DNA from: an uncultured Nitrospiraceae bacterium
GTDB taxonomy: Bacteria; Nitrospirota; Thermodesulfovibrionia; Thermodesulfovibrionales; UBA6898
Length of the DNA stretch: 64,000 bases
Assembly (NCBI GenBank): GCA_963811165.1
Contig: CAWEQH010000008.1
Span: 320,001-384,000 of the forward strand
Direction of reading: 5' to 3'
Shown: piece by piece, positions 29,830-39,685 of the stretch
Layout of the letters: every line of letters starts with the position of its first letter
Numbering within the stretch: the stretch's first letter is position 1
Translations under genes and position numbers: made by a program
The notes under the pieces: generated by a model
Told to the model about the DNA's origin: nothing
Seen by the model: only the letters and a program-made list of their open reading frames with translations
Databases searched by the model: none

Positions 29830-30588
29830 ATGGAACCCTATAAGACAGTACCCGTCCTGAAGATCAAAGAGGGGTCGGCAATGGAGACAGAGGACCTCAT
29901 CGCCGTCGAAAAAAAGCTGGAGATTTCGGTAAACGGCAGGAGCGTGATCGGCCTTTATTGCACGCCTCTTATGGTCCGTGAACTCGTAACCGGCATAATC
30001 CATGATGAAGGACTCATATCGGGCGAGTGGTGTGCGGAGAGGATGACTATCGAATACGGCGATGAGATCAAGGTGGATGTCCCCTCGTCGGGCACCCTCA
30101 ATGAAGGGCGGAGGACGGTCACTTCCGGCTGTGCAGGCGGTATCAGTTTCGGAAGGGAGTTGGAGGCGAAGATTACCGACGGCGTTTCATTCCGTCAAGA
30201 GAGGATTAAAGCCCTATTCAGGGAGTTTCATCAGAAATCCGATACCTATAAGCTCACCGGAGGGGTGCATAGCGCAGCTTTGACCGACGGCGAAAAAATA
30301 CTTGCCTTTGCGGAAGACATAGGAAGACACAACGCCGTGGATAAGGTCATCGGATATTGTCTCCTCGAAAACCTTCCCTTTGAAGGCACGATCATGCTGG
30401 CCAGCGGAAGGCTTTCTTCGGAGATCGTATCGAAATGCGCGCGGTGCGGGATACCAGTCCTTGTCAGCAGGGCGGCTCCGACGAGTCTTGCGATAAAGAT
30501 AGCCGAATCATCCGGCCTCACCGTTATCGGCTTTGTCCGCGGAGAGCGCATGAACGTGTATACGGGAAGACAACGGATACTCCTCTAA
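29830..30588 (+). CDS. fdhD: Formate dehydrogenase accessory sulfurtransferase
   Basis: TSGCAGG, TGGVHSAAL, EDIGRHNAVDKVIG, SGRLSSEIV, GFVRG. Confidence 0.93.
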   Translation: MEPYKTVPVLKIKEGSAMETEDLIAVEKKLEISVNGRSVIGLYCTPLMVRELVTGIIHDEGLISGEWCAERMTIEYGDEIKVDVPSSGTLNEGRRTVTSGCAGGISFGRELEAKITDGVSFRQERIKALFREFHQKSDTYKLTGGVHSAALTDGEKILAFAEDIGRHNAVDKVIGYCLLENLPFEGTIMLASGRLSSEIVSKCARCGIPVLVSRAAPTSLAIKIAESSGLTVIGFVRGERMNVYTGRQRILL

Positions 30589-30735
30589 ATACCTGACTCC
30601 TGAACAATTCTATAGAATTTTACTGAATTGTCACTAATCTGCAAAAAACCCTTTTCATCCTAAATTAGGCGGCAGGGACAGTTTCATTTTGAAAAAAAAT
30701 ATGGATTTAGTTTTCGAAACTGCTATAATGTGCCC

Positions 30736-31410
30736 ATGAAGCGGATTTTATTGGTAGCCGTTTTTGTCCTCCTTACCTATACGATTTCCCATGCCCAGCC
30801 CGTGGCCCGCTTTGCGCAGGTTGAGCAGGATTTCGGTACCGTAGCTGATAAGGACATGATTGAGCATGTCTTTGAATTCACGAATGCCGGAGACAGCGAC
30901 CTGGTAATAGAAAAAGTCGTAGCGACCGCGGGCAATACCAAGGCAAAGGCCAGTGCCGGCCGTTTTAAACAGGGAGAAAAGGGGAGCATCACCGTAGTAG
31001 TAGATATGCGGGGGAAAAAGGGGATTTTCCTAAAAACTGTAGACGTATATACAAATGACCCGATAACACCCGTCACGACTTTGTCGGTAAAGATTTCAGC
31101 CAAGGACCGGATCCATATGGGCCAGTACAAGGCGACCGACATATTCCAGGAAGACTGCAAGTCATGCCATGTGGAGCGCGGGAGAGGGAAAAAGGGGTGG
31201 GACCTGTTCAAGGCGGATTGTTTTATGTGTCACAATGCGGGCAAAAATACATCGCTGTCGACAATGAGCAAAAAACCGGTGAAGGAAATGCTCAAGTCGA
31301 TCAGGGAGGGCGTTGCAAATACCCTTATGCCTGGATTCGATGTCAGTAACGGAGGCCCTCTGGACGAATCCGACATCCAGTCCCTGATCGAATTAATCAA
31401 TCCTGAATAA
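30736..31410 (+). CDS. Exported DUF1573 (Ig-like) + diheme cytochrome c protein
   Basis: Signal peptide; DFG..HVFEFTNAGDSDLVI..VYTNDP; CKSCH, CFMCH and a distal MPGF. Confidence 0.75.
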   Translation: MKRILLVAVFVLLTYTISHAQPVARFAQVEQDFGTVADKDMIEHVFEFTNAGDSDLVIEKVVATAGNTKAKASAGRFKQGEKGSITVVVDMRGKKGIFLKTVDVYTNDPITPVTTLSVKISAKDRIHMGQYKATDIFQEDCKSCHVERGRGKKGWDLFKADCFMCHNAGKNTSLSTMSKKPVKEMLKSIREGVANTLMPGFDVSNGGPLDESDIQSLIELINPE

Positions 31411-31533
31411 AGATTCGGTGTCTTATCCCCGCAGAACGCCGGGAGATCCTTTTCATGATGTCGCCTGAGAATTCCACTTTTCCGCTACAATCACTTTTTT
31501 GCATCTTTCTCCCTAAAATAATATGATCTAAAT

Positions 31534-32328
31534 ATGGCAGAAACGTGGCGACTGATAGATTCCGGTCCCTGTAGCGCATCGTACAATATGGCGCTCGACG
31601 AGGCGATTGCCACCCATCTGCGCAGAGAAGGCCTTCCGCCTGTGCTGAGACTCTACAGATGGGACCGGCCCTCAGTAAGCCTCGGGTGTTTCCAGAAGAC
31701 CTCGGATGTCGATATCGAATACTGCGGGGCAGAGGATATCCCGATAGTCAGACGACCTACCGGCGGCAGGGCGATACTCCATGACGACGAACTGACCTAC
31801 AGTTTTTCCGCAGGGACTGTCCATGGGCCTTTTTCGAAAGGGCTTCTGGATAGCTACAAAAAGATAAGCGCCGCATTTCGCCTGGCCTTCAAAAAGATCG
31901 ACGTATCCGCCGAATCGAAGCCCCGAAGAGAGAGGGGAAGGGTGCTTGCGGGCAGCCCCATGTGCTTTCAGTCCAGTTCCTACGGAGAAATACTTGTCCG
32001 TAATAAGAAGGTGGTCGGCTCTGCCCAGAAACGCTGGGATGACGGCCTTCTTCAACAGGGCTCCATCCCCTATTCCTATAACGAACAACGGATCCGAAAG
32101 ATCTTCGGTGAAGATAAATATACTGCCTTGCGGGACTGTACTATAGGCCTCAAAGATGTCGTGCCGGAGCTGGATGAAGCCAGGTTCAGGGAAATCATCG
32201 CGGCCTCTTTTGAAGAGGTCTTTGGTATCAGCTTTGTTCCGGCCCTTCCGTCTCAGGAGGAGTCGGCCCTTGCCCTGGAGCTTCAGAAGAAGAAATATCT
32301 TCTGGCCCGCTGGAACTTTCCGGGGTAG
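31534..32328 (+). CDS. Lipoate-protein ligase/octanoyltransferase (LipM/LplA family)
   Basis: NMALDEAI, VRRPTGGRAILHDDELTYS, KKVVGSAQKR, LLQQGSI. Confidence 0.88.
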   Translation: MAETWRLIDSGPCSASYNMALDEAIATHLRREGLPPVLRLYRWDRPSVSLGCFQKTSDVDIEYCGAEDIPIVRRPTGGRAILHDDELTYSFSAGTVHGPFSKGLLDSYKKISAAFRLAFKKIDVSAESKPRRERGRVLAGSPMCFQSSSYGEILVRNKKVVGSAQKRWDDGLLQQGSIPYSYNEQRIRKIFGEDKYTALRDCTIGLKDVVPELDEARFREIIAASFEEVFGISFVPALPSQEESALALELQKKKYLLARWNFPG

Positions 32329-33271
32329 TTTCCACAGGTGTCTCAATCGGGGAGGGCAGATTTTTTTTCATCTCCATCTCGAAATAGTAGTTGAACACGA
32401 CCGCCACTATTACCAGTCCGAGATATCCCTGTACGACGTACGAGATGATATGAAAGGGAATGGATATTATCGTCCCTATGATGGGGATAAGATTAAAAGG
32501 ATAGACAATAAGCATCACAAGGAAGCTTACGATGATATACCCTATAAGGAGAAGTGCATAAAGCCAAAAAGCGTTCTGGTGGACCCATACGAACTTGAAT
32601 CCGTCCCTGAACGACCGCACTGCGCCCTCGCCCCTGAAGAAAAGCACTGCGATTCCGTAGACGGTTACAGAGAGGACGCCCAGGATGAGACTGACGCCGA
32701 TCAGAATAAGTATCAGCGAGAAGAAGATCCCGAGGAAAAGGGCGAGTGTAGAGTCCTGGCCCTTGGCGGCTGAAACGACCGCAGCTATCCCGCCTCCAAA
32801 GAGGCCGAGGATAAATGCAATGAATATGAATACGAGCCCGACGAGGAGCGAATACCACATGATCGGGAAGAAGAATTTTCGGGCCTCCCGGAAGAAGGAC
32901 TTCATGCTGAATTTGGAAGAAGGATCGAGGATGCTTCGCCCGATAATGCCTACCGAACCGCCGAAGATGTAAAGTCCGAGGGTCGTTACCATGAGGATAT
33001 AGAAAAGAAAGCTTGATAAGACGATCATGACAAGACCGAAGTATTTCGAAAGAAGTTCGGCCGGGTTTTTGAATACGCCGATGAAGTCCTTTATTTCAGT
33101 AAGGCCCGTGAGGTCCAGACCGAAGATGATGAAGGCGATGCCGAGCGGTATCCCTACCATGATAAAAAACGCGATACAGTTGAAGAGCATCATGCCCGCC
33201 TGCACGGCAACGAGTTGCCACCTGCTGTTTACAAGCCTGAAACCGCTTTTTATCGCCTCGGAATACGTCAC
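32228..33271 (-). CDS. Polytopic membrane protein of unknown function
   Basis: About six hydrophobic helices and an acidic Pro-rich tail. Confidence 0.7.
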   Translation of the reverse strand: MTYSEAIKSGFRLVNSRWQLVAVQAGMMLFNCIAFFIMVGIPLGIAFIIFGLDLTGLTEIKDFIGVFKNPAELLSKYFGLVMIVLSSFLFYILMVTTLGLYIFGGSVGIIGRSILDPSSKFSMKSFFREARKFFFPIMWYSLLVGLVFIFIAFILGLFGGGIAAVVSAAKGQDSTLALFLGIFFSLILILIGVSLILGVLSVTVYGIAVLFFRGEGAVRSFRDGFKFVWVHQNAFWLYALLLIGYIIVSFLVMLIVYPFNLIPIIGTIISIPFHIISYVVQGYLGLVIVAVVFNYYFEMEMKKNLPSPIETPVETTPESSSGPEDISSSEAPGQGPTPPETEGPEQS

Positions 33272-33344
33272 TTCATCTCACCTGAGTAAAACGTTACCAC
33301 AGATCGCGGGAATTAGCGTATAAAAGTTATGGCACATCTTCGTA

Positions 33345-35303
33345 TTATACATCCTCGACCGCGATCTCCTCAAAACAATCTTTCGGGATTTCCTTCAGAA
33401 ACCGTGAAGGTTTCAGAAATCCGAGTGAATTCCAGTCCTCCGAGGAAATAGGATAACACACGTATAAATCTTCTTTTGCCCGCGTTACTCCCACATAAAA
33501 GAGTCTCCTCTCCTCTTCCTCATCGTCACTCCTGAGAGACTTTGCCGAAGGGAACCGGCCGTCGTTCATCCCGATAATGAATACCGCCTCCCACTCGAGC
33601 CCCTTTGCCTGGTGGACCGTCGAGAGGACCAATTTCCCGCCGGGAAGGTCCGCCTCTTCTGTTTGGGCCTCGGTCACCCCCTGAAGCGCAAGGTCGCTCA
33701 GAAACGTATCGAGCGAGTCGTACCTCAGCGCAAAGCGCGACATCTGCTCGATGTCTTCTATGCGCATCTCCGCGTTGGGATAATTGTTGTAGAGGTGGTC
33801 TTCGTACCCGTGCCTCAGGACAAAGTCAATCGCGGCGGATGGAGAGGAAAAATATTTTTCCTCCCGCAGCTCTCTGAGTACATCCAGGAAAAGGCCGAAC
33901 CCGCCGCCGGACTTTTTGGGGATCAGCCGGTAGGCCTCCGCGATCAACCCGACAGGGTCTTCCGACGCGCGAATGAACTCCCACACTTTACCGGAGGTAA
34001 TATTTCCCACTCCGCGGATAAGCTTCATGGTCCTCTTCCAGCTGATCTCGTCGAAAGGGTTTGTTATTATCCTCAGGTAGGAGAGGATGTCCTTGATATG
34101 CGCCTGTTCGAAAAACTTGAGCCCCGACCGGATTTCAAAGGGTATTCCTCTGCGCTGGAGTTCCATTTGGAGCTGCATAGACTGGTAATGCGACCGGTAG
34201 AGCACCGCCATCTGGTCGAAAGGCCTGCCGTCTGAGTTCATGTCCATGATTACAGAGGCGACGAACTCCGCCTCTTCGAATACGTCTTTAAGGGGCACTA
34301 CGTTGGGCGGCTCGCCGGACGGTACGACCGCGTGCAGTTCTTTTGCGAACTGCCTCCTGTTATTTGCGATGATGCTGTTTGCGAGGTAAAGTATCTCCGG
34401 TGTGGAGCGGTAGTTGGTCGTCAGTTTAAATATCAGGGCATCGCGGTACCTTTCGGGAAACTTGAGGATGTTTTCGAAATCCGCTCCCCTGAAGGAATAT
34501 ATCGACTGTGCATCGTCGCCCACGACCATCAGGTTTTGATCTCCTCCTGTGGTCAGGTCGATGATGTCTGCCTGAAGCCTGTTTGTGTCCTGGTATTCGT
34601 CCACGAGGATATGTCTGAACTTCAGGGAATAATACTCCCTTATGTTGTCGTGCTGCTCGAATATGTATTTCCATTTAACGAGGAGGTCGTCGAAGTCCGC
34701 GAGATTGAGCGCGACTTTTTTATTTTCATAAAGGCCGATGATCTTTTCGATGTCGTCGAGCGCATTTACAAAATGGGGGAACCTCTCTATGACAATATCC
34801 CCGGCCGGCAGGCCCGTGTTTTTCGAGAGGCTGTGTATCTCGGAAAAGACCGCGCCCCTGGGGAGAACGACGTCTTTTTTATGGACCTCCGCGATACAGG
34901 ACTCGAAGAGTTCCTTCGAGTCTTCCCTGTCGAGTATCGAAAACCCCTGCTTGTATCCGGCGAGGAGATAGTGCTGCCTCAGCATGAGGTTGGCGACATG
35001 ATGGAACGTGCCGCCGAAAATTCCCATAATATTCCTTCCGACGAGCCTCTCCGCTCTCCGCATCATCTCTTTAGCCGCTTTGTTGGTAAAGGTAAGGAGA
35101 AGTATGTTTTCGGGCCGTGTGCCGGCCTCTATAAGCCTTGCCACCCTGTACGTGACGACCCTTGTTTTTCCGGTCCCTGCTCCGGCCAGAACGAGCGCCG
35201 GCCCCTTTTCGTGCATGACGGCGGCATATTGCTCGGGATTGAGGTCTTTCTCGTAGTCGACCGTGAAGACAGGTTCTTCCCTGTGGAGACGGTATTTCTT
35301 CAT
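33345..35303 (-). CDS. UvrD/PcrA-family ATP-dependent DNA helicase
   Basis: AGAGTGKT, TFTNKAA, VDEYQDTN, VGDDAQSIYSFRGA, NYRST, STVHQAKGLEW, EERRLFYVGVTRA. Confidence 0.93.
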   Translation of the reverse strand: MKKYRLHREEPVFTVDYEKDLNPEQYAAVMHEKGPALVLAGAGTGKTRVVTYRVARLIEAGTRPENILLLTFTNKAAKEMMRRAERLVGRNIMGIFGGTFHHVANLMLRQHYLLAGYKQGFSILDREDSKELFESCIAEVHKKDVVLPRGAVFSEIHSLSKNTGLPAGDIVIERFPHFVNALDDIEKIIGLYENKKVALNLADFDDLLVKWKYIFEQHDNIREYYSLKFRHILVDEYQDTNRLQADIIDLTTGGDQNLMVVGDDAQSIYSFRGADFENILKFPERYRDALIFKLTTNYRSTPEILYLANSIIANNRRQFAKELHAVVPSGEPPNVVPLKDVFEEAEFVASVIMDMNSDGRPFDQMAVLYRSHYQSMQLQMELQRRGIPFEIRSGLKFFEQAHIKDILSYLRIITNPFDEISWKRTMKLIRGVGNITSGKVWEFIRASEDPVGLIAEAYRLIPKKSGGGFGLFLDVLRELREEKYFSSPSAAIDFVLRHGYEDHLYNNYPNAEMRIEDIEQMSRFALRYDSLDTFLSDLALQGVTEAQTEEADLPGGKLVLSTVHQAKGLEWEAVFIIGMNDGRFPSAKSLRSDDEEEERRLFYVGVTRAKEDLYVCYPISSEDWNSLGFLKPSRFLKEIPKDCFEEIAVEDV

Positions 35304-35461
35304 ACGTGATATTTTAGCAGAGACCCGGGACATAAAATACACGAGTTTCCATGAGTATAACTCTCCAGTGAAGGATGGCTGTATGAGGCAAGCTTACTCA
35401 ATGAAAACCATGGAAGATACTAAGTGTATATGGCGAAAGGGGATAAGAGGATGAAGAAGAT

Positions 35462-35492
35462 AAAAAAAAGGCCTGCGAAATCACAGGCCCTT
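35462..35492 (-). terminator. Rho-independent terminator of the cytochrome c gene
   Basis: Minus strand AAGGGCCTGTGATTTCGCAGGCCTTTTTTT. Confidence 0.75.
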
Positions 35493-35514
35493 GCTGGGTG
35501 GTAATGAGAATGTT

Positions 35515-36381
35515 TTATTTCTTCTTCTTGGGGACTTCCTTCGGCTTTGGTGCCTCTTTCGCGGCTTCTTTCGGTTGCGCCTGAGACCAGTTATTCAGGT
35601 CATGGGCGATGTTATGGCACTCGCCGCATTTCGGGAACTTTTTCATGATGCCGGCCGGATGAGGTGTGCCATGGCAGTCTTGGCAGTGGGGCACGGTCTT
35701 GTGCTTTTCCTGATGGCAGAATGCGCATGTCAGCGCCTTGTGCTTGGCCTGGCTTGCACCGAGGAGATCGAAGGCCTTTTTGTGACACGTGCCACAGTCC
35801 TTTGACGGGGTATCGGCAGCATAGGTCACTTGCTTGGGCATATGTGCCTTGTGGCATTTCTTGCAGTCGGCGACAACCATTTCCGCCGAATGTGGTTTGT
35901 GGCACTGGGTGCACTGAGGGACCTTGCGGTGAACACTGTGACAGAAGGAGCAGTCAAAGGCGCTATGCTTGCTCTTGTTGTCTTTGAGTTGAGCTATTTG
36001 CCGGGTGTGGCAGGTGGCACACGCATCCGTTACTTTGCCCGAAAAAGAGATATTCAAAGGCGTATGCGGATTCTTGTGACAGCTGAGGCAGCCCTTAAGT
36101 TCGAAGTGGGCCTTTCCCATATGACAGTCGCTGCACTGTGGAATGGGTTTCTTGACCGTCGGCGGATGGCCGACATGACAGCCCGTACACCCGACGTCCT
36201 TATGTTTTCCTCCGGCGGTCGCTATATCCGCAGGCGGAACTTCATGGCACTTTGAACAGTCTTCGTTTGTCAGAGCGGGTTTTGTCTGGGCATGCGCCGT
36301 GCCGGCACAAATCAGAAACACCGGGATCGTCACTACCAGGAACAATACGGCAATGATTCTGCTGCTTCTTGATGATTTCAT
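35515..36381 (-). CDS. Periplasmic dodecaheme cytochrome c
   Basis: Signal peptide ending AHA-Q; 12 CxxCH motifs counted, arranged as three 4-heme repeats. Confidence 0.92.
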   Translation of the reverse strand: MKSSRSSRIIAVLFLVVTIPVFLICAGTAHAQTKPALTNEDCSKCHEVPPADIATAGGKHKDVGCTGCHVGHPPTVKKPIPQCSDCHMGKAHFELKGCLSCHKNPHTPLNISFSGKVTDACATCHTRQIAQLKDNKSKHSAFDCSFCHSVHRKVPQCTQCHKPHSAEMVVADCKKCHKAHMPKQVTYAADTPSKDCGTCHKKAFDLLGASQAKHKALTCAFCHQEKHKTVPHCQDCHGTPHPAGIMKKFPKCGECHNIAHDLNNWSQAQPKEAAKEAPKPKEVPKKKK

Positions 36382-36463
36382 CTTCCCCCCTTATGAATAA
36401 TTTTTGAAGTGGTGCGGTACTTCTTTCACCATACTCATTTAGGATATAAAGAATGCCGCACAG

Positions 36464-36479
36464 TGCCAAGATTATGCCA
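36464..36479 (-). promoter_or_regulatory. Possible sigma54 promoter for the cytochrome c gene
   Basis: Minus strand TGGCATAATCTTGGCA satisfies GG-N10-GC, about 80 bp upstream of the ATG. Confidence 0.4.
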
Positions 36480-36582
36480 TAGTTCCTTGCAGCAGTCAAC
36501 GGGGTTGTGTTTGCTTTTCAATCTTGATAAAAAAAGCGGCAAAAGGGTATATTATCTAACTAATCTTTTCCGGAGGTGGCAG

Positions 36583-36909
36583 ATGTTTACAGGATTGGCG
36601 TACGCGATGGGGCCCAACCCTCAGGGTGGGCAGGGTGCCGGCGGCGGAATAATGGGCTTTCTTCCACTTATCCTTATTTTCGTAATATTCTATTTCCTTC
36701 TTATAAGACCCCAGCAGAAGAGGGCGAAGGAACAGAAGGCCATGCTGGACAATCTTAAAAAGGGCGATAAGGTAATTATTTCCGGAGGAGAATTCGGGAT
36801 TATAGAGGAGGTAAAGGGCAACACGGTTGTAGTCAAGATCGCCGAAAACGTGAAGGTCAAGTACGGCAAGGCATATGTCGCTGCGCTGAGACAATCGGAC
36901 GACGAATAA
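36583..36909 (+). CDS. yajC: Preprotein translocase subunit YajC
   Basis: FYFLLIRPQQKR, LKKGDKV; RBS GGAGG; upstream of secDF. Confidence 0.93.
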   Translation: MFTGLAYAMGPNPQGGQGAGGGIMGFLPLILIFVIFYFLLIRPQQKRAKEQKAMLDNLKKGDKVIISGGEFGIIEEVKGNTVVVKIAENVKVKYGKAYVAALRQSDDE

Positions 36910-37032
36910 GGTAAAGAAGTCCGCTGTTGGAGGCTGCCTGAGCGATTATCTCGCCTGACCTGTTTCGTAAGCTGGATCGAGAGACTAAAAAATGAGAGTG
37001 AAAGATATCGTCGATATTATTGCGGAGGTTCA

Positions 37033-38655
37033 ATGAAAAAAAATATTCTCTGGAGGATCCTTTTCATAGGGTTCACACTGCTTGTCGCGGTGGTTTTCTT
37101 TCTTCCCAATACACCACTTTTTAAATATATGCCGGAGTGGTGGAAAAAGGGCATGCCGAACAAGGGCATTATCCTTGGACTAGACCTCCAGGGAGGGCTT
37201 CACCTCGTCTTTGAGGTCGAGGGCGATAAGGCGGTAGAGACCTCTACCGACCGCTACGTGTACATGATCAGGGATATGCTGGCCAAGAAGAAGATCCAGG
37301 CCGAGGTGAAGAGGAACGGCCTCAATATAGAGATATCGCCTTCGGGTCCTGAAATAGCCACTGCCGTCAAAGACGGCTACCCTATCCTTGATACGGTGTC
37401 GTCGGGACAGCCCTTTGTACTGAAGATCTCCGACAAGGAAGCAAAGAGGATAAAGGACAGCGCCGTAGACCAGGCGCTTGAGACGATCAGAAACAGGATC
37501 GACCAGTTCGGTGTTTCGGAGCCGAGTATCCAAAGGCAGGGAGAAAACGAGATCGTGGTCCAGTTGCCGGGCGTAAAAGACCCGAAGCGCGCCATAGAAC
37601 TCGTCGGCAGGACTGCACAACTGGAATTTAAACTCGTCGACGACGAATCGCCGATTGCGGCGCAGCTTCCCCAGGTGGTCCAGCCCGGGGATGAAGAGAG
37701 GGTGCTTGGACAGTTCGCCGATAAGATCCCGGCCGACGACGAGATCCTCTTTGAGAAAAAAGTGAACAGTGAAACAGGCGCCGCGATCAAGATACCGATC
37801 CTTCTTAAAAAGGAGGCGGCCCTTACCGGCAACCTCCTGAGCGAGGCGAAGGTGAGCCTCGGTAGCCAGCGCGCCGAACCGTATGTCTCTATATCGTTCA
37901 ACACCGAAGGCGCCAAGCTCTTCGATGAGGTGACCGGCGCGAATGTAAAGAAAAGGCTTGCTATCATATTGGACAATACAATCTATTCCGCCCCGGTTAT
38001 CCAGGAGAGGATATCGGGCGGCAATGCGCAGATCACCGGCAATTTCAGTATGGATGAGGCGAAAGACCTCAGTATCGTATTGAAAGCGGGCGCACTTCCC
38101 GCGCCGCTGAAAATGCTCCAGAACGTGACCGTGGGACCTTCGCTTGGAGAGGACTCGATCAGGGCGGGGATGCTTGCCGGGGTGATCGGCACGGTTGCGG
38201 TCATCATATTCATGATCATATACTACAGACTTTCCGGAGTTATCGCCGACTTCGCCCTCGTGCTGAATATCGTTCTTCTGTTCGGCGCAATGGCTTCCCT
38301 TAACGCGACGCTGACCCTTCCGGGCATCGCCGGGGTTATCCTGGCCATCGGCATGGCCGTCGACTCAAACGTGCTGATGTTCGAACGTATCAGAGACGAA
38401 CTGAGGACCGGAAAGACCCCGAGGTCGGCCGTCGATTCGGGATATCACAAGGCATTCTGGACAATCTTCGACTCCCATGTGACGACCCTTATCACCGCCG
38501 TGGTCCTCTTTCAGTTCGGGACCGGGCCGATAAAGGGCTTTGCGGTGACCCTGAGCCTGGGTGTTCTCATAAATCTATACACTGCGCTCATAGGGACAAA
38601 GACGGTTTTCGATCTCATCAACTCCAGGCGTGACGTGCAGAAATTGAGCATATAG
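37033..38655 (+). CDS. secD: Protein translocase subunit SecD
   Basis: [44 protein letters not shown]. Confidence 0.97.
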   Translation: MKKNILWRILFIGFTLLVAVVFFLPNTPLFKYMPEWWKKGMPNKGIILGLDLQGGLHLVFEVEGDKAVETSTDRYVYMIRDMLAKKKIQAEVKRNGLNIEISPSGPEIATAVKDGYPILDTVSSGQPFVLKISDKEAKRIKDSAVDQALETIRNRIDQFGVSEPSIQRQGENEIVVQLPGVKDPKRAIELVGRTAQLEFKLVDDESPIAAQLPQVVQPGDEERVLGQFADKIPADDEILFEKKVNSETGAAIKIPILLKKEAALTGNLLSEAKVSLGSQRAEPYVSISFNTEGAKLFDEVTGANVKKRLAIILDNTIYSAPVIQERISGGNAQITGNFSMDEAKDLSIVLKAGALPAPLKMLQNVTVGPSLGEDSIRAGMLAGVIGTVAVIIFMIIYYRLSGVIADFALVLNIVLLFGAMASLNATLTLPGIAGVILAIGMAVDSNVLMFERIRDELRTGKTPRSAVDSGYHKAFWTIFDSHVTTLITAVVLFQFGTGPIKGFAVTLSLGVLINLYTALIGTKTVFDLINSRRDVQKLSI

Positions 38656-38679
38656 CTTACAACTCGTAGAGGAGGCAGG

Positions 38680-39591
38680 ATGTTAGAGATTATCAAAAAC
38701 ACAAATATAGATTTTATGGGAAAGAGGAAGTTCGCATTCGTCTTTTCGGGCATCCTCGCGATCATCGGTATCATCGCGATTATCCAGGTGGCAAACGGAC
38801 GGGCGAATCTCGGGATCGATTTTGCGGGTGGTACGGCGATACAGCTGAAGTTCTCGAAGCCTGTTGCACTCCATGCGGTCAGGAGTGCCCTGGAAAGCGG
38901 CGGGATAAGAGACTTCGAACTGCAGGATTTCCCCGCGACGAACAAGATCCTCATACGGGTGAAAAAATCAGAGCAGCAACTCGGTAAGTCGGCGGACGCC
39001 ATTACTTCAGTAATAACGCAGAAGATGCCGGACAATACATATGTTGTGGATTCCACTACCGAGATAGGCCCCAAGGTCGGCGGAAGACTGAGGGCGGCTT
39101 CGGCCAGTGCCGTGGGGTGGGCGACGCTCGGCATCCTTATCTATATCGCTGTCAGGTTCAAGCTTAATTTCGCCGTCGGCGCGACTATCGCGACCTTCCA
39201 TGACGTGCTTGCTGTTCTCGGGATTTTTTTCCTGCTCGGCAAGGAAATCAACCTGATCCTTGTGACGGCGCTGCTGACAATCGCCGGATATTCCCTTACC
39301 GACACGGTCGTCGTCTTCGACAGAATAAGAGAGAACCTCAAGGCGAGGCTGAAAGACCCCGTCGAGACGGTCATGAACGGCAGTATCAATGAAGTCTTAT
39401 CAAGGACGATCGTTACCTCCATGACGGTCTTCATTACTTCGCTGGCGCTCTTCCTTTTCGGCGGTGAAGTGATCCATGATTTCAGTCTCGCCATGCTCAT
39501 GGGGGTGATCGTCGGGACCTATTCATCCATATTTGTTGCGAGCCCCGTGGTATTGCTCTGGAGAGGGAAGAAGCCAATAGGGAAAAGATAG
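38680..39591 (+). CDS. secF: Protein translocase subunit SecF
   Basis: GIDFAGG, HDV, GYSLTDTVVVFDRIRE, GTYSSIF. Confidence 0.97.
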   Translation: MLEIIKNTNIDFMGKRKFAFVFSGILAIIGIIAIIQVANGRANLGIDFAGGTAIQLKFSKPVALHAVRSALESGGIRDFELQDFPATNKILIRVKKSEQQLGKSADAITSVITQKMPDNTYVVDSTTEIGPKVGGRLRAASASAVGWATLGILIYIAVRFKLNFAVGATIATFHDVLAVLGIFFLLGKEINLILVTALLTIAGYSLTDTVVVFDRIRENLKARLKDPVETVMNGSINEVLSRTIVTSMTVFITSLALFLFGGEVIHDFSLAMLMGVIVGTYSSIFVASPVVLLWRGKKPIGKR

Positions 39592-39685
39592 CGCGTGACG
39601 CGTAATGCCCCCGCGTAGCGGGCCGGCGGGCTGCGAAGGAGACGGGAGAAAGGCATGCAGTGCGGGTTGCGCATAACGGGTCCTT

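Noticed and set aside
34332..35309. Long antisense ORFs (here, and at 18948-19631, 22022-22858, 40400-41254, 41531-43300)
   Set aside because: They are shadows of conserved genes on the opposite strand, expected from codon bias, with no domain motifs.
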